Shown here piece by piece: positions 11,658 to 21,064 of a DNA stretch of 64,000 nucleotides. The notes beneath the pieces were generated by a model, which saw only the letters and a list, made by a program, of their open reading frames with translations, ran no database searches and was not told where the DNA came from. Positions within the stretch are counted from its first letter, which is position 1, and every line of letters starts with the position of its first letter. Location of the stretch: contig DASZVV010000251.1 in assembly GCA_035546955.1 (NCBI GenBank), forward strand, positions 18,353-82,352, given 5' to 3'. Made by a program: the position numbers and the translations under genes. Source of the DNA: Bryobacteraceae bacterium (GTDB taxonomy: Bacteria > Acidobacteriota > Terriglobia > Bryobacterales > Bryobacteraceae).

Positions 11658-12064
11658 AGAAGCCGCGAGGTTATACCGATGAGCACGCCGCCGCCGGCGT
11701 AAGCGCCGAGCTGCCGGAGATCGAAACGTGGCCGAACCAGTACCGGCAGGGCTACGAGATTGAGATCATAATGCCGGAGTTTACCTCCGTCTGCCCGAAA
11801 ACGGGTCTGCCCGATCATGGCGAAATCACTCTTCGCTACGTGCCGGACAAGGATTGCCTGGAGCTGAAATCACTGAAGATGTATACGATCGCGTATCGCA
11901 ATCTCGGCATTTTTCAGGAAAATGCCGTCAATCGCTTTCTGCGGGATGTGGTGAAGGCCTGCCGTCCCGTATCGGCGACGGTGATCGGGGAGTTCACTCC
12001 GCGCGGTGGCATCTACTCGAAAATCACTGCCTCCTGGAATCGGAAGAATGGATCCAAACGCTGA
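11654..12064 (+). CDS. queF: NADPH-dependent 7-cyano-7-deazaguanine (preQ0) reductase, unimodular type
   Basis: Catalytic-Cys motif FTSVCPKTGLPD and QueF motif ELKSLKMY. The ATG overlaps the upstream stop (ATGA at 11654-11657). Confidence 0.9.
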   Translation: MKKPRGYTDEHAAAGVSAELPEIETWPNQYRQGYEIEIIMPEFTSVCPKTGLPDHGEITLRYVPDKDCLELKSLKMYTIAYRNLGIFQENAVNRFLRDVVKACRPVSATVIGEFTPRGGIYSKITASWNRKNGSKR

Positions 12065-13442
12065 CCAGTTAACGGCGATGGTCGAAGAAATCCGGACGCG
12101 TGTGCGCGCCCGCTATCCGAACGGCCAAACGCCGTCCGGCGCGTTTCTTCCCGATTTGTCCCCGCTGCTGCATGCCCGGGATGCCGCCGAAGGTAAGGTC
12201 GCCGCCATCGGGACGGTGAACCCCAGGCCCGGCGGGTGGATGAATTCCCTCGTCCAATCAGTAAAACGGCTAGTGTCGCGCGCCCTGGACTGGCATGTTC
12301 GCGAACAGGTCGAGTTCAACCGCGCGGTAATGCGCTGCGTGCAGGCGACCTTCGATGCGCTTGCTGAAACGAACCGCGCTCTCGTCCGGGTCGGCGCGGC
12401 CGGCGAAATGGACCTTCAAACCCAGCTCTCCGAATGGCGCAGGGGTTGGGAGGAACAGATAGCGGCAAAGGAGATAACCTACCTTCGCAACCTGTCCGAG
12501 ATTCAAACCGCCTTCCAGCATCGCGTCGGAATTCTGGAGGCGGGCATGAACGAGCGCGACGCCCTGTTCCGCGAGTTGGTGAAGTCTCAGCATGAGGGAT
12601 TTCAAAATGAGCTCGGCAGGACGGCAGTCGAAATTCAGCAGAAGCTTTGGAAGGATCTCGCGCAGGTGCGCGCGGACCTGGATGCCGTCATTCATGCCGA
12701 GCTGCGCGTGTTGCGGCAGAGGGTATCCATGCAGCCGCCTCCCGCTGCGGTGAGCACCCCGGCGGCCGCTGCTTCGAGCGCCCCTCCCCCGTCTGCTCCC
12801 GATTGGAGCCATGTCGATTGGCTTCGTTTTTCCGATCGCTTCCGCGGATCGGACGACTATGTACGGAGGCAGCAAGCCATCTACGCTCAGCGCTTCGCGG
12901 CCTGCACGGACGTCCTGGATATCGGCTGCGGCCGCGGCGAATTGCTCGAAACCCTGAAGCATGCCGGAATCCCGGCGCGCGGGATTGAGCTTAGCGCCGA
13001 ACTGGCCGCCATCTGCCGCGCCCGCGGCCTCTCCGTGGAGCAGGCCGACCTCTTCGAGCATCTGAACGGGCTGCCAGCCGAATCTCTCGGCGCGCTTGCC
13101 TGCATGCAGGTGGTGGAACATCTGCCTCGTCCGCGCGTTCCGGAAATGATCCAAGCCGCGTTCGTAAAACTGCGGCGCGGCGGCATCATCGCCATCGAAA
13201 CGCCGAATCCCGAGTGCCTGGCGATTTTCGCGACGCACTTCTACATAGATCCCACTCACCGCCATCCCGTGCCCCCGGCGCTGATGGCGTTCTACCTCGA
13301 AGAGGTGGGATTTACGGCGATAGAAGTGGAGCGTCTTTCGCCAGCGGTGGAAACAATCCCCGAAGTTGCTTTGCTGCCGGATGCCTTCCGGGACAAATTC
13401 TTTGGCGGGATGGACTACGTCATCTTCGGGCGCAAACCGTAA
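12048..13442 (+). CDS. Class I SAM-dependent methyltransferase with long N-terminal coiled-coil-like region
   Basis: VLDIGCGRGELLETL (motif I), VVEHL and IETPNPE...DPTHRHP in the C-terminal half. The start is uncertain (12006, 12048 or 12078); starts at 12048 or earlier overlap the queF 3' end. Confidence 0.8.
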   Translation: MDPNADQLTAMVEEIRTRVRARYPNGQTPSGAFLPDLSPLLHARDAAEGKVAAIGTVNPRPGGWMNSLVQSVKRLVSRALDWHVREQVEFNRAVMRCVQATFDALAETNRALVRVGAAGEMDLQTQLSEWRRGWEEQIAAKEITYLRNLSEIQTAFQHRVGILEAGMNERDALFRELVKSQHEGFQNELGRTAVEIQQKLWKDLAQVRADLDAVIHAELRVLRQRVSMQPPPAAVSTPAAAASSAPPPSAPDWSHVDWLRFSDRFRGSDDYVRRQQAIYAQRFAACTDVLDIGCGRGELLETLKHAGIPARGIELSAELAAICRARGLSVEQADLFEHLNGLPAESLGALACMQVVEHLPRPRVPEMIQAAFVKLRRGGIIAIETPNPECLAIFATHFYIDPTHRHPVPPALMAFYLEEVGFTAIEVERLSPAVETIPEVALLPDAFRDKFFGGMDYVIFGRKP

Positions 13443-13463
13443 ACCACGATAAAGTAAAAGGCC

Positions 13464-15329
13464 ATGACCGGGTTCCGATCCATTCTGCTCGGAGGCGTGG
13501 TTCTCTGTGCTGCGCTTCCCGCCGTGCCCCAAAAGAGGAGCGCGCTCCCAGTTCCGCTGTCACATTACGACCGGCAGGCCAGGGCCTTGCTTGCCCGCAT
13601 GACGCTCGATGAAAAAATCGGCCAGATGACGCAGGGCGATCAAATGTTCATCAAGGACATCGATGACGTCGAGAAGTATCACCTGGGGTCGGTGCTGAGC
13701 GGGGGCGATTCAGATCCGGCCTCCGGCAACGATCTCCAATCCTGGACCACGCTCTACGATCGTTTCCAGTCGCGGGCTCTGAAGACCCGCCTGCGCATTC
13801 CGCTGCTCTACGGAATCGACGCCGTTCACGGAAACAATAACGTTGTCGGCGCGACCATATTTCCCCACAACATCGGCTTGGGCTGCACCCGCGACGCCGC
13901 GTTAGTGGAGCGCATCGGGAAGATTACGGCGTTGGAAGTCCGCGCCACCGGCATCAACTGGGCCTTTGCGCCGTGTGTCGCGGCGCCAAGGGACATTCGC
14001 TGGGGGCGCACCTACGAAGGTTTCAGTGAATCGCCGGAGATCGTGAAAGAACTGGGAGGAGCGGCGGTGCGCGGGCTGCAGCAAGGCGGATTGGATAATC
14101 CGCTGGCGGTGCTCGCCTGCGCCAAGCATTTCGCCGGCGACGGAGGCACGGAATGGGGGACGGGAACGGCGTATCGCAATGGCGTGCGGGTTCCGCTCGA
14201 CCATGGAGACCTCCGCTCCGATGAAGCGGTTCTAAAACGCGTCCACCTGCCCGGGTACGCCAGCGCCATTCGCGCCGGAGTCGCCTCCATCATGCCGTCC
14301 TACAGCAGTTGGAATGGAATCAAGGATTCCGGCAACCACCGTCTGTTGACGGGAATCCTGAAAGAGGAAATGGGATTTCAGGGATTCCTGATTTCCGATT
14401 ACAACGCCATCGACGAATTGCCGGGCGATTACCGGCATCAGGTAGCCGAATCCGTCAACGCCGGAATGGACATGGTGATGACGCCGGAGCACTATGCCCG
14501 GTTCTTCGAAACGCTCAAGGAATTGGTCAAGGATGGCACGGTTCCTCAATCGCGAATTGACGACGCTGTGCTGCGCATCCTGCGCGTGAAAGCCGCGATG
14601 GGTCTGCTGGATTCGGGCCGCTCGTTTCTGGCGGACCGGAGGCTGCAGGCGTCGTTCGGATCGGCGGCTCATCGCAGCCTTGCACGGCAGGCGGTTCGCG
14701 AGTCCCTGGTGGTGCTGAAAAACGATCGCCACATGCTGCCGCTGTCCCCGGATGTGGCGCGCATTCACGTCGCGGGGAAAAGCGCGGATGATCTGGGTAT
14801 TCAATGCGGTGGTTGGACAGTGACGTGGCAGGGCGGCGGACGCTCCACGAAATGGGGGGGCAAGCTCAAAGGCACAACGATCCTCCATGGCATCGAAGAC
14901 GCCGTGGGGAAGAACACCAAAGTGACGTATACAAGCGACGGAACCGGGGCGGAAGGAGCCACCACCGGGATCGTAGTGGTGGGCGAAAGGCCCTACGCGG
15001 AAATGTTCGGCGATACGGAGAATCTTGCGCTCGACGATGCAGACCTGGCCGCGATCCGCAATATGAAGCGCGCCGGCATTCCGATGGTGGTTGTGATCGT
15101 TTCCGGACGCCCGATGTTTATTGACGCCATTCTCGACGAAGCTCCCGCCTGGGTCGCCGCCTGGCTTCCCGGTAGCGAAGGCGCGGGCGTGGCCGATGTG
15201 CTCTTTGGAAAGGCCGCGCCGCGCGGGAAGCTCTCCTTCACCTGGCCGCTGGCGGCGTCGAAGACGCTAAATCGGGATAGCGCCGGCTACCAGACCCTGT
15301 TCCCGCTGGGCTATGGCCTGACGTACTGA
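13464..15329 (+). CDS. Glycoside hydrolase family 3 (beta-glucosidase-like), signal peptide
   Basis: [23 protein letters not shown] and [10 protein letters not shown] (nucleophile Asp region), plus an N-terminal hydrophobic signal sequence. Confidence 0.9.
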   Translation: MTGFRSILLGGVVLCAALPAVPQKRSALPVPLSHYDRQARALLARMTLDEKIGQMTQGDQMFIKDIDDVEKYHLGSVLSGGDSDPASGNDLQSWTTLYDRFQSRALKTRLRIPLLYGIDAVHGNNNVVGATIFPHNIGLGCTRDAALVERIGKITALEVRATGINWAFAPCVAAPRDIRWGRTYEGFSESPEIVKELGGAAVRGLQQGGLDNPLAVLACAKHFAGDGGTEWGTGTAYRNGVRVPLDHGDLRSDEAVLKRVHLPGYASAIRAGVASIMPSYSSWNGIKDSGNHRLLTGILKEEMGFQGFLISDYNAIDELPGDYRHQVAESVNAGMDMVMTPEHYARFFETLKELVKDGTVPQSRIDDAVLRILRVKAAMGLLDSGRSFLADRRLQASFGSAAHRSLARQAVRESLVVLKNDRHMLPLSPDVARIHVAGKSADDLGIQCGGWTVTWQGGGRSTKWGGKLKGTTILHGIEDAVGKNTKVTYTSDGTGAEGATTGIVVVGERPYAEMFGDTENLALDDADLAAIRNMKRAGIPMVVVIVSGRPMFIDAILDEAPAWVAAWLPGSEGAGVADVLFGKAAPRGKLSFTWPLAASKTLNRDSAGYQTLFPLGYGLTY

Positions 15330-15355
15330 CCAGGCCTTTCGCACATTCCACTTGA

Positions 15356-15399
15356 TTACCGAGGGGAGTTTTGTGTATGCTGATCTCGGTAACCGAGGG
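15356..15399. promoter_or_regulatory. Inverted repeat TTACCGAG / CTCGGTAA plus direct repeat ACCGAGGG; candidate PadR operator
   Basis: TTACCGAG at 15356-15363 and its exact reverse complement CTCGGTAA at 15385-15392. ACCGAGGG occurs at 15358-15365 and 15392-15399. The element lies directly upstream of the padR-family start at 15407. Confidence 0.35.
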
Positions 15400-15406
15400 A
15401 TAAAGA

Positions 15407-15742
15407 ATGAGCAAGCCTACGACTTTGGTTCAGGGAACTCTGGATCTTCTGATTCTGAAGATCGTCGCGCTGGAGCCTCAGAATGGCTGGTCCATTAGCC
15501 AGCGTTTGCAGCAGGTTTCGGGCGAAATTCTGCGAGTCAGCGACGGTTCGCTTTACCCGGCTCTCCACAAACTGGAGTTGGATGGCCTGGTAAAAGCCGA
15601 ATGGAGGACCACCGATAACAAGCGCCGCGCCAAGTTCTACACGTTGACGCGCTCCGGCAAGCAGCGGCTGGCGCGCGACGCGAAGGATTGGGAGCGGCTC
15701 TCCGGCGCCATCTCACACGTCATCCGGCTGGAGGAGATTTGA
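15407..15742 (+). CDS. PadR-family transcriptional regulator
   Basis: The winged-helix pattern LDLLILKIVALEPQNGWSISQRL...SDGSLYPALHKLELDGLV...YTLTRSGK is classic PadR. GAGGGA Shine-Dalgarno 6 nt upstream. Confidence 0.9.
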   Translation: MSKPTTLVQGTLDLLILKIVALEPQNGWSISQRLQQVSGEILRVSDGSLYPALHKLELDGLVKAEWRTTDNKRRAKFYTLTRSGKQRLARDAKDWERLSGAISHVIRLEEI

Positions 15743-15746
15743 CGCC

Positions 15747-18446
15747 ATGCGGCTGTTCCGAAAACTACGCGCCCTGTTCCGACGCAAGCAGGCGGAACGC
15801 GATCTCGACGACGAGCTGCAGTATCACCTGGAGCAGAGGATCGGTCTGGAACGGGACAGAGGGCTGAGCGCGGAAGAGGCGCGCGCCGCCGCTCTACGCT
15901 CGATGGAGGGGTTGTCACAGAAGAAGGAGGAATGCCGCGATCTGCGGGTATTCAGTCTCCTGGAAGGATGCGCGCAGGATCTCCGCTACGCGGCCCGTAC
16001 ACTGAGCAGGAACCGGTCGTTTGCCGCCGTCGCCGTGCTGTCGCTGGCGTTGGGCATCGGCGCGAACACGGCGATTTTCAGCCTGATGGACGTGCTTCTG
16101 CTGCGCCCTCTACCGGTGCCCGAGTCGCAGAACCTGATACGGATCGAAGCGAACCGGGGAGATCCGCAGGCCCAAACCTATCTCACCTATCCGATTTTTG
16201 AACAGATCCGCGATCGGAACGACTTTTTGGCGGGAACCTTCACCTGGTCGGATCACTGGTTTCAAATGTTGTCGGGTTCGGAGATGACGCATGTGAACGG
16301 CGCGCTCGCGAGCGGCGACTATTTCCGCACTCTCGGAGTCCAGGCGCAGATCGGCCGGGTCTTCACGCCGGAAAATGACCAGCCCGAGGGCGGCAAAGAT
16401 GGTCCGGTGGCAGTGATCAGCGACGCGTTTTGGAGCGCTCATTTTCAACGTAGCCCGGCGGCCGTAGGGGCGGGGATCACGTTGGACGGTGTGCGCTTCA
16501 CCATCATCGGAGTAATGCCGCGCGGCTTCTTCGGCGCGGATGTAGGCATGCGCCCCCAAATCTGGGCGCCGCTTTCCCTAGCGGCGAGACTTGACTCGCC
16601 GGGATGCATTACCAGCCGCAGTTGCTGGTGGTTGATTGTCATGGGACGGAGAAAGGATGGCGTATCGCTTCAACAAGCCAATGCGCGGCTGGCGGTGCTG
16701 TCGCCTCAAGTGCTCCGCGATACGCTGCCCGACTGGGACTCGGCCGGACAAAAGCGCTATCTTGGATGGCGCTTCCAGGCGCGCTCCGGCGCCAACGGAT
16801 GGACCAGTCTTCGAGGTACGTTTAACAATCCCCTTGCCGTCCTCATGATTCTGGTCGGCATCGTGCTGCTGATCGCGTGCGCGAATATGGCCAATCTACT
16901 GCTGGCTCGCGCCACCGCGCGGCAGCGGGAGATCGCCGTGCGAATGGCAATGGGCGCGGGGCGCGGACGTGTGATCCGCCAGTTGCTGACCGAGAGTCTC
17001 CTGCTCTCGGTTCTTGGCGGCGCCGCGGGGCTGGCATTTGCCGTCTGGTCGGCGAGGCTGCTGGTTTCTTTCCTCACCTCCACCCAACGCCTCGCGGGGC
17101 AGGAGACGGGAATCCAGCTCGACCTGCATCCCGACTGGCGCGTGATGTTATTCACGCTGGCTGCGGCTCTCCTGTGCGGCTTGATTTTCGGGTTGGCGCC
17201 CGCTCTGCGAGCGACGCGGGGCGGCGTAAACGCCGCCTTGAAGGAGCGGACCGCCGGATTGCAAGCAGGCAGAGCGGGAACCCGGCTCGGGAAAGTGATC
17301 CTTAGCGTTCAGTCCGCGCTCTCTGTGCTGCTGGTTTCCGGCGCGGGTCTCTTCGCCGGCAGTTTGTGGCATTTGCTGACCCTCCATCCCGGCTTTAATC
17401 CCGATAACGTGATGCTCATTTCAGTCGACACCGCCAAGCGTCCTGAACGGGGAGCCGCGCTGGCGCGGCTCTACGAGAGACTACTGGAGCGCGCGCAGGC
17501 GATCCCCGGCGTGAAAGCCGCCAGCGCCGTCTGGATCACACCGCTCAGCAACGGCGGGTGGGATCAGTATGTGAAAGTTCCGGGAAGGCCGGACCTCACA
17601 CAGGAGCAGACCGACACCTATATGAATTTGATTGGCGAGCGGTATTTCGAGGTGATGCAAACGCCAGTCCTCGCGGGCAGGGAATTCAGCGCCGCGGACA
17701 ACGGGTCCTCGGACAAAGTGGGGATTTTGAATTCCATGGCGGCGCGACGGTTCTTTCCGGGCGGGAACGCGCTCGGCTCGCATGTCGAAGTCAACGGGAA
17801 GCCGGTCCGTATCGTCGGAGTGGTTGGAAACGCCAAGTACCTGAATCTTCAGGAGGCGGTGCCGCCGACGCTGTATTTTCCCTTCATGCAATCGGATCAG
17901 GGGAATCAGTCCATGACGATCCTGTTGAAGATCCGGGGGAATGTTGCCGGGATCTATCCCGCATTCCACGATGCCTTGCGCGGCGTCGCTCCGGGCGTTC
18001 CGATTCGCGTCGTAAAGACGATGCAGGACCAGGTGGACGATTCGCTGGGGCGCGAGAGATTGCTGGCGAGTCTGTCGGTGTTCTTCGGGGTACTGGCGCT
18101 GCTGCTGACGTCGGTGGGTCTGTATGGCGTACTCGCCTATTCGGTGACGCGGCGCACCGGAGAGATCGGACTTCGGATGGCTCTGGGGGCGCATCGGCGA
18201 AACGTGGTGTTGTTGGTGGTGCGGGGAACGTTAGGGCACGTCGTGGCCGGCATCGCGGTGGGTGTGATGCTGGTTCTGCTGCTGTCGAAGCTGGTGGCGG
18301 GTTTGCTCTACGGTATCCGGCCGAACGATCCGGGGAACCTGGTTCTCGCCGTGGCTGTGTTTCTCGTGGTGGCCGCCGGAGCGGCCTATCTCCCGGCCCG
18401 GCGCGCGAGCCGCCTGGATCCAATGATGGCGCTGCGGGAGGAATAG
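15747..18446 (+). CDS. Duplicated MacB/FtsX-type ABC permease without adjacent ATPase (acidobacterial duplicated orphan permease type)
   Basis: Two FtsX-like 4-TM modules, each preceded by a large periplasmic domain. The N-terminal LSRNRSFAAVAVLSLALGIGANTAIFS and C-terminal REIGLRMALGA...DPMMALREE are hallmarks. It starts 5 nt after the PadR stop. Confidence 0.9.
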   Translation: MRLFRKLRALFRRKQAERDLDDELQYHLEQRIGLERDRGLSAEEARAAALRSMEGLSQKKEECRDLRVFSLLEGCAQDLRYAARTLSRNRSFAAVAVLSLALGIGANTAIFSLMDVLLLRPLPVPESQNLIRIEANRGDPQAQTYLTYPIFEQIRDRNDFLAGTFTWSDHWFQMLSGSEMTHVNGALASGDYFRTLGVQAQIGRVFTPENDQPEGGKDGPVAVISDAFWSAHFQRSPAAVGAGITLDGVRFTIIGVMPRGFFGADVGMRPQIWAPLSLAARLDSPGCITSRSCWWLIVMGRRKDGVSLQQANARLAVLSPQVLRDTLPDWDSAGQKRYLGWRFQARSGANGWTSLRGTFNNPLAVLMILVGIVLLIACANMANLLLARATARQREIAVRMAMGAGRGRVIRQLLTESLLLSVLGGAAGLAFAVWSARLLVSFLTSTQRLAGQETGIQLDLHPDWRVMLFTLAAALLCGLIFGLAPALRATRGGVNAALKERTAGLQAGRAGTRLGKVILSVQSALSVLLVSGAGLFAGSLWHLLTLHPGFNPDNVMLISVDTAKRPERGAALARLYERLLERAQAIPGVKAASAVWITPLSNGGWDQYVKVPGRPDLTQEQTDTYMNLIGERYFEVMQTPVLAGREFSAADNGSSDKVGILNSMAARRFFPGGNALGSHVEVNGKPVRIVGVVGNAKYLNLQEAVPPTLYFPFMQSDQGNQSMTILLKIRGNVAGIYPAFHDALRGVAPGVPIRVVKTMQDQVDDSLGRERLLASLSVFFGVLALLLTSVGLYGVLAYSVTRRTGEIGLRMALGAHRRNVVLLVVRGTLGHVVAGIAVGVMLVLLLSKLVAGLLYGIRPNDPGNLVLAVAVFLVVAAGAAYLPARRASRLDPMMALREE

Positions 18447-18468
18447 AGGCGCTGCCAAAGGGCGTCTG

Positions 18469-19572
18469 TCACATAGGAACGACGTGGGTTTGCGGGTCGT
18501 GCAGATTCCAGCCGCTTTTCGCAAGATGCTGCGGCGACGGGCTGAACACCACACGGTAATGGCTGGCATTGTCGGGCAGCGGCAGCGGCTTTCCGGGACG
18601 TCCTTCGGTGAGAGCCAGATATCGCAACACCCGGTGCACCGCGCCGTCGTTCGGGACGGTAGAGTCGAAATCCACCGTGCGAAAGCGGAAGGAGGCATCG
18701 GTTTCGCTCAGCCTCCACACAAGGAAGGCGCAGCAGGCGATGGCTCTCTCCAGCCACTCCAAATGCTCCAGGCCGGCGTCCAGGTCGAGATAGATTTCCA
18801 CCATCTTGTCTTCTTCGCGCGCGAACTCGCGGACCTGGAGGTCTCGCACATGCGCGGTGGCCTTCCAATCGACGTGGCGGACGCTCTCCAGGACTTCGTA
18901 GGGCCGGACGCGATAAAAATCGTGGCCGAGCCCTTGTCTCCGCGCCTCCAGTTCGCCGAAAAGAGAGAGCATCAGGGCTTCGTCGCCAGGAGGCTCGTCG
19001 ATCGAAGGGTAGACGATGACGTCGTGACGAAAATGGACCGGCGTCTTCCGCTCGGCAAAGCCGAAGGGAAAGCGCGTGGAGAAGAGAAACTTGCTGTCCC
19101 GGTAGGAGCCGCGCCGCGGGAAGAGCAGTTCGACCGTGGCGCCGACAGTCTGTCCACCTGGAAGCACCGGAAAATAGAGGGGCGATAGAAGCCCGTGTCC
19201 GGATGAGCCAATCTCCTGCGACGCCACGTGCACCGAGAAAGACGGCATCCATGCTTTCGCGTTGTGGATGGAAATGCGCCCCGCCACGCGCCGGCCGGCG
19301 CTGATGTATTCGGGCAAATCGAGTTCGATCTCAAGGCCCGAGAGCGTCAGGCGGCTCACCAAGCCGGAGATCAGCAGAGTGCTCAGCATGGCCGCAAGAA
19401 TGAGGAAAAGCAGATTGTTGGCGGAGGCGAACGCGGCGAAGCCGACCAGAGTGCAGGTGATCGAGAAGATGAGCCCCGCGCGGGTGATCTGCTGCCGCGT
19501 ACCCGCCTGGATGGCCGCCCGCAGCGCCTCCAGCGAACGGCGCCAGAGCCTGGATGCGCCAGCAAAGCTCAT
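18469..19572 (-). CDS. DUF58 domain membrane protein
   Basis: Two N-terminal TM helices and the DUF58 core HDFYRVRPYEVLESVRHVDWKATAH. Confidence 0.85.
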   Translation of the reverse strand: MSFAGASRLWRRSLEALRAAIQAGTRQQITRAGLIFSITCTLVGFAAFASANNLLFLILAAMLSTLLISGLVSRLTLSGLEIELDLPEYISAGRRVAGRISIHNAKAWMPSFSVHVASQEIGSSGHGLLSPLYFPVLPGGQTVGATVELLFPRRGSYRDSKFLFSTRFPFGFAERKTPVHFRHDVIVYPSIDEPPGDEALMLSLFGELEARRQGLGHDFYRVRPYEVLESVRHVDWKATAHVRDLQVREFAREEDKMVEIYLDLDAGLEHLEWLERAIACCAFLVWRLSETDASFRFRTVDFDSTVPNDGAVHRVLRYLALTEGRPGKPLPLPDNASHYRVVFSPSPQHLAKSGWNLHDPQTHVVPM

Positions 19573-19617
19573 GCCTTCAAGATCGCACGGCGGCAGTGCG
19601 CGGCGCAGGAGAGGGGA

Positions 19618-20940
19618 TTAGGGCTTCAACCACCGGTCGAGCCACTCGAAGGCTTCTTCCTGCATGGCGATGCTGAAGGTGTGCGGCTGGTCGTAAAATC
19701 TGCCTTGAAACATTTCGGGCGCGCCGGCTTTCCGGTAGATGGCGGAAATGCGCTCTACCGACTCCCGCATGCCTTCGAGCGTGTAGAGACCATCCCGGCT
19801 GCATTGCTGCACCATCAGAGGCTTAGGCGCTACGCAACCCGCCAGATCCGGCAAATCCATGAAACGGGTGAGCCCGGGGAGAAAATGCAGGAAGCTGTGG
19901 GTGGTTACACGGTTCTTCAACAAGGGCTGCAGCGCCGACATCCAGCCCACCGAAATGGAGCACCGGATGCGTTCATCGAGGGCGGACAAAAAGTCGCTGC
20001 GATAACCGCCCAGGGAGATCCCCACACACCCGATCCGTTCCCGATCTACCTCGGGACGCGTCAATAAATAATCGACCGTGCGAATGTCGTCCCAATGGAC
20101 GATGCCTTGCCAGGTCGTCCCGGCCCAAAATAGGGTTTTGGCCAGCTCCTCTTCGCCGTTTGAGCACTGTTTGTTCAGATAGGCGACATCCGCGACGCTA
20201 TATTTGGAACGGTCCGGCCCAAGCTTTGCGAGGGCGCCGGGCGGCATGCTCCGGCGCTCTCCAAAATAGAACGCGTCAATCGAAACGACGACGTAGCCGC
20301 GCTCGCACAGCGCGAGAGAAGTGGAGCGTCCCTGATAGTTTTCCTGGCGATATTTCACGATCGCCGGAGGGTCGCCGCCTGGCATCGGCATTACCTTTTC
20401 CTTGCCGTAGACGAACATCCCTCCGTGAGAGTGCAGATCGACGATGGCGGGTCTGCGTCCGGGTCTATTTTTGGGGATCAGTACATAGGCGGTGGTGGGG
20501 AACCAGGGAGTCGGATGGAATATTATTTTCTCTTGAATATAGTTCGGATATTCCCAGCGCTTCACCAGAGTCGGAGCCGGCGAGAACTTCCCGGGGTCGT
20601 AGAGCAGGAGCGAAAAAATCTTCTCGCGCGCCTCCCTTTGATAAGCGGCAATGTCTCTATACCTGGCGTTCAGGAAGGATAACGGGTAAGCATTCCGGCC
20701 CGCAAATGCGGCGATCTCCCCGTAGAGCGACCCCACATCTCCCATCGAGTCAACGCCGCCGATCAAGCTGTTGTCTTCTTCGAAGAGGGTGGATTGTGGC
20801 GCACCCTCGGCCTGCGGCAGCCCCGCGGCTCCGGCGGCAGTGAGAGATTTCAGCAAGATGCGGCGGGTGAGTCCTTCGCGATCCAAGTTCGTAGAGTCAT
20901 CCCTCATCAGTCCGTTTGACGCCTTCGGACTATCATACAA
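19618..20940 (-). CDS. Alpha/beta hydrolase (acetyl-xylan-esterase / dienelactone-hydrolase-like) with Tat signal
   Basis: Twin-arginine motif TRRILLKSLTAAGAAG, nucleophile elbow GISLGG and VDLHSHGG. The track start at 20940 is TTG; an alternative ATG lies at 20907. Confidence 0.8.
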   Translation of the reverse strand: MYDSPKASNGLMRDDSTNLDREGLTRRILLKSLTAAGAAGLPQAEGAPQSTLFEEDNSLIGGVDSMGDVGSLYGEIAAFAGRNAYPLSFLNARYRDIAAYQREAREKIFSLLLYDPGKFSPAPTLVKRWEYPNYIQEKIIFHPTPWFPTTAYVLIPKNRPGRRPAIVDLHSHGGMFVYGKEKVMPMPGGDPPAIVKYRQENYQGRSTSLALCERGYVVVSIDAFYFGERRSMPPGALAKLGPDRSKYSVADVAYLNKQCSNGEEELAKTLFWAGTTWQGIVHWDDIRTVDYLLTRPEVDRERIGCVGISLGGYRSDFLSALDERIRCSISVGWMSALQPLLKNRVTTHSFLHFLPGLTRFMDLPDLAGCVAPKPLMVQQCSRDGLYTLEGMRESVERISAIYRKAGAPEMFQGRFYDQPHTFSIAMQEEAFEWLDRWLKP

Positions 20941-20971
20941 GGTGCTCCGCCCGGCTTGCCCCTGACGCCCC

Positions 20972-20986
20972 TTTACCGAGATTTAC
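20972..20986. promoter_or_regulatory. TTTAC-N5-TTTAC direct repeat (reverse complement GTAAA-N5-GTAAA, the CpxR-type box)
   Basis: TTTACC occurs at 20972-20977 and 20982-20987, with a third copy at 21003-21008 (offsets of 10 and 21 bp). The site is in the divergent region between the hydrolase gene and the Spy/CpxP-like gene. Confidence 0.35.
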
Positions 20987-21064
20987 CCAAACTGAAGCTG
21001 GATTTACCTAAAACAAGACACCATGGTGGATGTGCGTGCGTTACTTATAGCAGGAGACATGTCC

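Noticed and set aside
11600-11660. Looked for a preQ1 riboswitch upstream of queF.
   Set aside because: The queF start overlaps the upstream gene's stop, so there is no 5' UTR to hold a riboswitch.
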